Of a stretch of 64,000 bases of DNA, positions 53,326 to 64,000 are shown one piece after another (within the stretch, counting starts at the first letter, position 1; every line of letters starts with the position of its first letter). The notes below the pieces were generated by a model, which did not search any database, was not told where the DNA came from, and was given only the letters and a program-made list of their open reading frames with translations. This DNA is from Eledone cirrhosa (lineage: Eukaryota): contig OZ024741.1 in NCBI GenBank assembly GCA_964016885.1, positions 356,500,001-356,564,000 of the forward strand. The letters are read 5' to 3'. The position numbers were made by a program, and so were the translations under genes.

Positions 53326-54229
53326 TCATCATCGTCATCATCATCGTTTAACATCCATCTTCCATGCTAGCATAGGTTAGACGGTTTTGTTCCACTTGAT
53401 GTGGGATTGGTCGGGAGATGACTGTGTCTCACTCGCATATTTATATATATGTATATGTATATGTGTGTGTCTGTGTGTCTGTCTGTCTGTGTGTGCATCC
53501 AGTGCACACTGTAAAGTAGTTGGTGATAGGAAAGGCATCCAGACATAAAAAGCTTGCCAAACAAAGGGTTGAGAGGACCCTTTAGTTGTGTTAAAGACAA
53601 CTTATGTAGTGCTGGTGCCATGATAAATGTACTTGGTAGAACATGGAACCGTATGTAAGTAAAATGCAAATCCTCAACCTGTCCAAGAGGTAAATAATCC
53701 TGCTTCAGTACTGATGTGGTCTGTGAAGACCTGTCCAACCCTTGCTGGCAGGGAAAGGGGTAATTATATGATGATGACGATGATAATATATCATCATCAT
53801 CATCATCATCATTTAGTGTCTGTTTTCCCTGATATTAAGGGTTAAGTGGGTCATTGCAAACTGAGTTGGTCCTCAAGCAGAACTACCAACCTCTCAGATG
53901 AGCCAGAGGTCTCCATCTGACTTACATACATTCCCACACTATGCTGCTGATATAGTCACAAGCAGACACAGATATACTCTCAACCTCTCTCAACTCTTCT
54001 CAGCCCTTCTCATCCCTCCCATTCTTGATGTTCCACCAATATATATATATACATGTGCACATATGCACATACATATACACACATGCATACACACATACAC
54101 ACCTACATATACACAAGCATATATGTGCATACATGCATACCTACATACATATACGCACTATATACATACACACATGCATATCGACACACATGCATACATA
54201 CATATGTGGATGCATACACACATACAACA

Positions 54230-54563
54230 TGGAATGGACCTCAGTCAGTTTTGATGATGAGTGCTGCAATAGTTGAATCAACTGAACGGCCTGCTCATGA
54301 AATTAAAGTGCAAATGGCTGAGCTTCCCACAGGCATGCATCCTGTTAATGTAATTGTCAGGGAAATTCAGCCCGATACAGTAACAGGGTTGTCTCTTTGA
54401 ATTACAGGTACAGTGCATCTAACAGGCATCCAAATAGTTTCCATCTACCCAATTTCTCTCAGAAGGTATAGGCAATCTTCTAAGAGCGATGGTAAATCAC
54501 ACTTGCCCAGGGTTTGAATTCAGGACCTAATGACAGCAAAGCAAACATCATAACCATTCAGCC
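54230..54563 (-). mobile_element. tRNA-derived SINE family C
   Basis: TGGCTGAATGG A box and GAATTCAAACC B-box-like motif on the minus strand; homologous to 32280-32630. Confidence 0.7.
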
Positions 54564-54574
54564 ATGTTGCATCC

Positions 54575-56300
54575 ACAGACACACATATACATATATATAT
54601 GCACACACACATACATCACACATATACAGACATACATATATGCATACACATATATACAGACATATATATATACACATATGCATACACACATACACAGATA
54701 TACATATACACACATACATACACATATATACAGACAAACTTATACACACATGCATACACATATATACAGGCATACATATACACACATGCATACACATATA
54801 TAGATACATACATATACACACATGCATACACANNNNNNNNNNNNNNNNNNNNNNNNNNNNNNNNNNNNNNNNNNNNNNNNNNNNNNNNNNNNNNNNNNNN
54901 NNNNNNNNNNNNNNNNNNNNNNNNNNNNNNNNNNNNNNNNNNNNNNNNNNNNNNNNNNNNNNNNNNNNNNNNNNNNNNNNNNNNNNNNNNNNNNNNNNNN
55001 NNNNNNNNNNNNNNNNNNNNNNNNNNNNNNNNCATACATATACATACACACATACACATACATATACACATGCATATACATATATACATACACATGCATA
55101 TACACATACACATGCATACACACATATACATCCATATACACATACACATGCATACACACATATACATACACATACACATACACATGCATACACACATATA
55201 CATACATATACACATACACATGCAGACACACATATACATACATATACACATACACATGCATACACACATATACATACCTATACACATACACATGCATACA
55301 CACATATACATACATATACACATGCATACACACATATACATACATATACACATACACATGCATACACACATATACATACATATACACATACACATGCATA
55401 CACACATATACATACATATACATACATATACACATACACATGCATACACACATAATACTTACATATACACATATACTTACATGTACACATACACATGCAT
55501 ACACACATATACATACACAAACACATACACATGCATACACACATATACATACACATACACATACACATGCATACACACATATACATACATATACATATAC
55601 ACATGCATACACACATATGCATACATATACACATACACAGGCATACACACATATACATACATATACATATACACATGCATACACACATATACATACATAT
55701 ACACATACACATGCATACACACATATACATACATATACACATACACATGCATACACACATATACATACATATACACATACACATGCATACACACATATAC
55801 ATACATATACACATACACATGCATACACACATATACATACCTATACATATACACATGCATACACACATATACATACATATACACATACACATGCATACAC
55901 ACATATACATACATATACACATGCATATACACATATACATACATATACACATACACATGCATACACACATATACATACATATACACATACACAGGCATAT
56001 ACATACATATACACATACACATGCATACACACATATACATACATATACACATACACATGCATACACACATATACATACATATACACATGCATATACACAT
56101 ATACATACATATACACATACATATGCATACACACATATACATACATATACACATACACAGGTATATACATACATATACACATACACATGCATACACACAT
56201 ATATATACATATACACATACACATGCATACACACATATACATACATATACACATGCATACACACATATACATACATATACACATACACATGCATACACCT
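54575..56300. repeat. Long complex CA/TA minisatellite (~36-bp higher-order unit) with a 200-N gap at 54833-55032
   Basis: Unit approx ATGCATACACACATATACATACATATACACATACAC. Confidence 0.95.
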
Positions 56301-56382
56301 ACATATTCCTTTGTCTGTGTGAAGTATGGAAAATATGGATGTAAAATGGCGATGATGATGATATAAGTGGATGTAAAATGGA

Positions 56383-56505
<123 letters not shown>

Positions 56506-57510
56506 TATATATATATACACACACGCATACGATACACCATCACATAGAGTATAGTAACACATGTATATATATATATGTATATATACAGCAAATGTCAGTG
56601 AATAGATTATTCAAAGTCTGATACTTGAGATAATATCTTTCCACCCATATAGCTGAGAGCTCTAAAACCATCCTCCTTCAACATAATTATCGTTTCACAC
56701 TCATGCTACTTACACATGTCAAAATTAGACTAAGGTGCAAAAAGAAAGAGCATACTATAATCTTTATTTAGCTATCTAAAATCTTTACTCAACCATCTAA
56801 AATCATTATATATCTGTCCATGCACTACAGAATAATGCTAATTAATGTTTAGATAGAGTCTTCTTCAGTGGGTGGGTGTTGCTTCGCATTGTGATCTATA
56901 ATTGCGAAGATCCCCTGATCAAAGACAGTCCACCCTTTGCCATTGCATCACATCTTAATCTACATTACTCAATGTCTCCTTCATTTATTAACTCTTAGCA
57001 TCTTATATTATATGAAACTGCATTAGCACTATGTATGACATTAAATATTAAAGTCTTTACTCAAATACTACCTACCACTAGTAAAGATACTATACCTACC
57101 ACAATGACCTACCACTAGTAAAGATACTATAAACATTTTAATTAACCTGTTTATAGACATTTTCATTTCAGGACAAGATGGTTAAAGTTCATTATTTGCG
57201 GAAGTTTTCTATTTTGGCTGCTATATTTAGCAGGTCGAGCAAGCTCCATACAGGTTCTCACATTAGTTTGTCAATTTTGTTGGTAGTAAAATAAGGCATG
57301 GATTGTTATTGCTTCAACTGTAGAATTTATTTGGGCAATGTTTATAATGGCCTAATACTCGCAAGTAGGATGCGCTTGAATATGTGCATTTATGTGAGAG
57401 TGTGTGATGCATCCATATATATATATATATTCATAAATTATGCATAACAATGTAATGTATGCATACAAAGATATATATATATGTATATATACATGTATAT
57501 ATATATATAT

Positions 57511-57617
<107 letters not shown>

Positions 57618-60600
57618 CATATATATATGCGTGTGTGTGTTATACATATTTTATTTATATATCATTTATTATAGAAAAGTCATCTTTATGATAATTCTAA
57701 CACTCTTCTTTTTGTTTTTTTAACCTTTTTTGTATGGGTTGGATGGGTTGCACAATATGATGTGCACCATCTTTCTAGGCATCTCATATCATGTAAACAC
57801 ATTTTGTTTGACCTACCTATTTCTTGCTAAGTTTTCCTTAGTTTACCTTTACACTAGGTACGTTCAACCTCTAACTTATGCACCGGCATAAGATGCATTG
57901 ATTATTACATGTGATGGAAATGGATGTCACAAGCAACGGGTAAATTTTATGAGTGGGCAGCAGATAATAGCCAATATCGTGGTAGGCAACAGTAGACTTT
58001 TAATGAAGTAGTTATGGAATATGTGTAGAACTAAGGGCAGCTACAATTAGGAAGAAAAAAACCCCCCAGAAAATATTGCAGACCCTCTCTCAAACACATG
58101 CCAATACAGAAAGAAAAGGTAACAAAATGATGTAAAACTGGTGGTGATTATAACATTAATGATATTGTCCATGTTCTTGCATATACATTTATCTCAGTAT
58201 GTATTGAATTTTTCATTTGTACATTGTGTATCTTTAATGACAAGAAATAAGATTAAAAATAAAAATAAAATGGCTGTATATATTCATACATAGCTGATGT
58301 AGGCTATCAACCTGTAGAGAGGCATTCTATAGAATTCATATCTTTGTATCTTGAAGAAGGTTACTAGCTATTTACTAACATAATATTGAATGTTAAATTT
58401 ATTGGTTGTTATATATTCATGTTCATTTGTAGTAGTTACAAACCTTACAATATACTACCACTAGCACTACTATACTATATTAGTTAAGCATTATCGCCTG
58501 TCACAATATATTACTAAATTATCCAATCAGTATAAAATAGAACTACACTTTGGTTCTCTGTTACTGACTGCTACTGCATAAAGCAATACTAGATGATTTT
58601 TAAAGGTAGCTCAGCAGTATGGGAGTGGAATACAATTTATTTTCGTTACTACTGTAACAACTAGCATCCAAGTCGTTACTGATGTAGTTACTGCAGCTGA
58701 CTCTATTGCTGCTACTAGCTGCTAGGATTAACAATGCTAGAGAGCTGTTGCCGTAGATTCAACTGAATAAACATAAAAACATATATTCCGAACAGTAGAA
58801 GAATCACTGAGTTGCACTTCCTGATGATATTTATTAATGAACCAATATATTTTCACTAGAGATTTTGAGTTCTTGCTTAAGTGATAAAGAAAAATTTATA
58901 ATGGCTAAATACAATATATTGATGATAAAATGCATGTGAAATTTAAACTATATGAGATAGCTTATATTTGTAACAAATACTTTCTCATTCAACCTTTGGA
59001 GTGGGGATTAGGGTAAGATATTATATTTCAATATTATAAATATATGTATATACATATATATATATATATTTTTTTTTTAAAGGAGTTACTCTAGTTAGTT
59101 TAACTAGCTTATTTGTTTCATTGTTTTAATATACTTCAAAACATTTTATCATTTTTTTAAACCACAGAAATTTTTGTTCATGACATCATTTTAATGTTGT
59201 TCTGATATGTATCAGCAGAACACACCAAATAAGAATTTGTCCTTGGAAAATGCTAAACATACAATTAAGAATATTTCTGTTTTCTAATTTCCACTTGTAT
59301 TTAGCTGCAGTTAATTTCCTCCTTTCATCTCTGTCTTTCTTTTCTCTGTTTTCAATCCATTTTGCTCAATAGCTGCTATAAATAATAACAATTTTTTTTA
59401 TCAAGAGTTTTATTTTTCTAATGACAATATTTTTTTCAACAGGAAAAGATCAATGCTAACTTCCAAAATATCTTGACAGAAATACAGATAATGTTTACAT
59501 ATACAGATTTCCTACCGAATTCTCAGTACGTCTTTCTCTTTTATTTCACCCATTGATGTCCCCCTGCTGCTCTTTCTTTCCTTATCCTATGTTTCATCTC
59601 CCAAATCTCTACCCTTCATCTTTATATAACCTCCTGATACAGACAAAATTAATGTATATGCAAAACATTGTGGATTTATCATATTTAAACATAATCATAG
59701 CAGATCAATTTCTTCATTCCTTAAGCTTTTCACCATAAGCACTAGCTAAAAAAACTTTCATGTTTTTAGTGCTTCTCTGAGAAACAATTATCTTATATAC
59801 AAATCACAATAGCTTTGTAGAACTTAGTCTGAAGTTATGCAAAAGTAAATAGTGAAAGGGATGAATACATTTAGAAATATTAGTAAGAACATGTTTTTAA
59901 TCAATGATCAGAGATATATAAAGAAGGATATCATGACATAAGTAAAGGAATAATATCTTTGGACTTTAACATTTCTCATAGTTTATAGAAACATAATTGA
60001 TGGAAGCATTTCTGATTCAATATAGCAGGACATTAAATCAGTGTACAGGAATGTTAAAAAAAGTAATTATTAACCCTTTTATTACCTGAAAAACACTGCT
60101 TATGATTTTCAAATCATTTTGGATACAATCAAGAATTTATATAGATTTCTCATTATTAAGCTGGTATTTGGAGCATAACTTAACAGATTCTTACTTATAA
60201 TTATGATGGGAGAAGCATTATAAAACAAACAGTTTTGTATCACAGAACCAGGGGCAGTTTCTGGCAGTTTGGTATGAAAAGTGTTAATGAAGATATCTGC
60301 TGTAGGATATTATTATATATAATGTTAAATCAATTTAGTTTCATTTTCAGAATTAGTCTAAAATGGAAATGTAAGACATTCCTCTCCTCCCATTAATCTG
60401 TGTGTGGGATGTTGATGTTTGTATCAAGTAAAAATGATAATATCTCTAATACTTCACTGTGTCTTAGTTATAAACTGTGGGAGAATCTCTATCCTAAGTT
60501 CTCTTGATATTAAATTGTTACCAAAACACTAGCAATATTAACCCTTTTGATATCAAACTGCCTGAAACTACCCTTGCTCTACGATACAAAACTGTTTATT

Positions 60601-62082
60601 TTAAAGTATTTATATTTAACTAAAGAACCTTTGAGTTATGTTCCAAACACCATATAAAGTGCAAACTAACATACTTTTGATACTGAAATTGCCTGAAATT
60701 GCCCATGGCAATATAAAACTATTTATTCAAAGTGTTTATATTTATCTATATAAACTTTCATTATAATTTTATTTATTACCTTTGTTAAATTATGTTACAA
60801 AACAATAACTTAATATTAAGAAAGCTAGTTATATTACTATATCCCTCCAAATTCCTGATTATTTGAAAATTGTAGGCAATGTCTTTCATTAAAAATACAG
60901 CAACAGAAGAGTTTATCAACAGAAGTGCTGGTGGATGACAGAATAGGTAGAGTGATGGGGGATAAATGCTTTGTGGTATTTAGTCACATCCCTTAGTATT
61001 GTGAATTCTAACCATAGTAGAGACAACTTTACAATTCATCTTTCTGGGTAGATAAAATAAGTATCAATGAAAACTATGGTGATTATAACCAACAACACTA
61101 TGTTGATTATAATCAACAACAAAATATGGTGGGGTGTGGGGTCAATACTTCTAGGAAAGTCAAATGAATTCTGTGTGAGTCTATTTATATTTAAGCCTTT
61201 CATTGCCATTTGTCTAATGAAATCCATTGCCTATAATTTTGAATTATTTTGAAAATAATCAGGAATTTAAATGGATTTATTAATATAACTAAATATCTCA
61301 TTATTAAGTTGTTGTTTGGAAAAAAAAACTTAACAAAATTTCGTACACGAAATTACGATAGAAGGCTTTTAGTAAGTAACCCTTTCTTTAGCATATTTCT
61401 TATGAAACACACAGAATTTAATTTTCAAATAATTTTGAAAATAATCAAGAATTTGAAAGGATTTAGTTATATAAATGTCTCATTATTAATCTAGTGTTTA
61501 GAGCATAACTTAAGAAAGGTTCTTACATAGAATTATGAGAGGTATTTTAGATAAATATAAATACTTAATAGTTTTATGTTTTGAGAACAAGGCTGGTTTC
61601 AGGTAGTTTGATATCAAAAGAATTAAAGAAGAGAAAAATAGCATAAAAAGAAGCTACACAAATCAATGTCGGATGATAGTTTTATTCTGGAACCTTAGTA
61701 GATAATGATAACTATTGGAAAAGAACTCTTCAGGTTATCTTCAATTACATTTTATTCACTTTATCTTTATAAAGGTGATCTTTCTTCCCTAGACAATTTA
61801 ATCACACTATTATGTAGTCACTGGCTTCAATAGTGTGATCCAAAAGAAAGCATTACCGGAACCAATTCTTGGCACCAAATTGGTTACAGTGCACTACCTA
61901 CTACCCTCAGGAATATAATGATACTTTTTTTTATCTTTCCACAAATACGTATTTCATTAAACTAGTGTCACATTATCACACCTCTCTCACACAGATAGAC
62001 ATTTACACACACATACATATGCATTTCTCCAAGAGCATTTTAGTCTGTACGTTTGTGTGTATTTTTGTATATATATATATAC

Positions 62083-62452
62083 ACGACCGTGACTTCTGGC
62101 GTCACACAGTAATACAGAGTACCCGACCTCCCATGGGTACAAGCTGAAGCATATAGACAATATGCCCCCACACCCCCCACCGCAAGGTGGTCGTGGAGGT
62201 GCCACGGCAAAAAAGCACCCAGCCCACACTGTAAAGTGGACGTGTAGGCGCCACGAAAAAGCACCCAGCACTCACTGTAAATGAGGTTGGTGTTAGGAAG
62301 GGCATCCAGCTGTAGAAATCAAGGCAAATCAGTTACAGTATGAGCAAGGCATGGTCAGCCGACCAGACACTTCCCACAACAGGACAACCCGTCTAACCCA
62401 TGCTAGCGTGGAAGAATGGACGTAAAACGGTGATGATGATGATGATGATGAT
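62083..62452 (+). mobile_element. Non-autonomous retroposon / LINE 3' UTR (same family as 41185-41531)
   Basis: High identity; (GAT)n tail; TA flanks. Confidence 0.88.
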
Positions 62453-62587
62453 ATATATCAAAATATATATATATATATATATATATCAGAATATATATAT
62501 ATATATATATCAGAATATATATATCAGAATTTTACCAGTTTAAACTAGTTCAGCAGAGAACTTGATACTTGGGACTGTAGAGTGTAA

Positions 62588-62681
62588 ATATAGTAGAGAA
62601 TTAGGGCCTGACAGCTGAGCTCTTGCTGTTTCGACAGTAAATTCCAGAGCTCAGCCATCGGGCCCTAGCTCTCTACTATAT
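62588..62681. repeat. Imperfect palindrome, Penelope-like terminus with the 3' half of a hammerhead
   Basis: Arms 62588-62623 and 62646-62681; minus strand GAAA-CAGC-AAGAGCTCA-GCTG-TC. Confidence 0.6.
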
Positions 62682-63229
62682 ATATATGTGTGCATGTGTG
62701 CATGTGTGTGTGTGTTCATAGGGGAAGACAGAGACAAAACAAGAGAGAGAGAGAGATAGGTAGAGAGAGAGAGAGGGGAGGTGCAGAGCATCAGAGTATG
62801 GTCTGTATACATAACATTGCCAATGGAAAGAGCGAGAGTAGAAGGTAAACCAAGCGAAAAAAGGAAGACAGACAGATAAACTTAGCGAGATATAAATTTT
62901 GGTACTGATTGTTTTAACATTATGATTCTGTCATGAGATCTCTCACATATACATTTCTTCTGTGTTTCAGTTATTTTAACAACCTTTCCTATTTTCTCTG
63001 TCACTCCTCACACAAACCTTGCTATCATTCTCGTGTCACTGCCAATGTCACCCTCCATTGCTAATCGTGAATATTTTAATGCATCACATGTTCCTGACTA
63101 TATGCTTCATATTTGTGTAAATCTGTGGTATTTTTCGGCTTCTTCCTAATCAATGCTTTAATCTATATGTGTGTATGTGTATCTGAAAGAGAGAAAGAGA
63201 GAGCGAGAATGTGTGAGCGTGTATGTGTA

Positions 63230-63423
63230 CAGGGCTGGATTAACCATTAAATAAAACAAACACATACTTAGGGCATCAAGGAAAGAGGAGCACCATTTTA
63301 TTCAAATGAATTGTACATGTCATTCCCCTCACCGCCAATTTTTTTTGCAGTTTTTATATATGGAAGGGAGGGATCATAATCTTATATGTACTTAGGACCT
63401 TGTAAGGATTTAATCCAGCCCTC
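63230..63423. mobile_element. hAT-like MITE
   Basis: TIRs CAGGGCTGGATTAA / TTAATCCAGCCCTC, inserted in a TG-rich tract. Confidence 0.75.
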
Positions 63424-63739
63424 TGTGTGTGTGAGCGTGTGTGTGTATGTGTGAGTGTGTGTATATATGTTTGTGTGTATATGTGTGTGTGATCATATAT
63501 TAATATTGTTATATACTTATAATATTCTGGCTACATGTATGTATTGAGTGCTCATTCAGTTTGACTGTTTCTATGTACATCTGTACATAAAGCACAACCC
63601 TCGTTATACATACATATATACATACATACATATATACATACATATATACATACATATATACATACATACACATACCGCCCCCCCCCCCATATATATATAC
63701 ATGCATACACATACATACACACACATATGCACACATATA

Positions 63740-63825
<86 letters not shown>

Positions 63826-63875
63826 CATTCATACACACACCCACACCCATATATATGCATATATATGTACATGCA

Positions 63876-63907
<32 letters not shown>

Positions 63908-64000
63908 ATTTTGTTGGTGTTAGGAAGGGCACCCAGCTGTAAAAACCCCGGGCAAATTTACAGTCCCGTCAGAGCAAGGTATGGTGTGGCCAATCCTGGC

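Noticed and set aside
58815-58850. CTGATGA motif (also near 3956, 23144, 34332)
   Set aside because: No correctly placed GAAA and stems; expected by chance

Overview
AT-rich, microsatellite-saturated eukaryotic (animal) non-coding DNA. The repeat repertoire suggests a cephalopod mollusc such as octopus; this is inference, not a database match. No host protein-coding gene can be supported, and most ORFs in the track are translations of (TA)n/(CA)n tracts. The window is a transposable-element graveyard: 5'-truncated RTE-like and CR1-like LINEs, several tRNA-derived SINE families, a Buster-type hAT with 8-bp TSD and an internal 40-bp minisatellite, a mariner relic, pogo/Tc1/hAT MITEs and several TTAA-flanked (piggyBac-like) MITE families. 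The most striking signal is about ten sequence-diverse minimal type I hammerhead-ribozyme motifs, including U3-A8 core variants and one with a ~110-nt stem II region. They sit mostly in short inverted or direct repeats next to (TA)n tracts, as expected for Penelope-like retroelement termini. Other observations: many unrelated retroelements appear inserted into (TA)n tracts, a conserved 3' stem-loop plus (GAT)n tail is shared by LINEs and SINEs, and there is a twin-priming inversion and several fold-back palindromes. There is a 200-nt assembly gap at 54833-55032.
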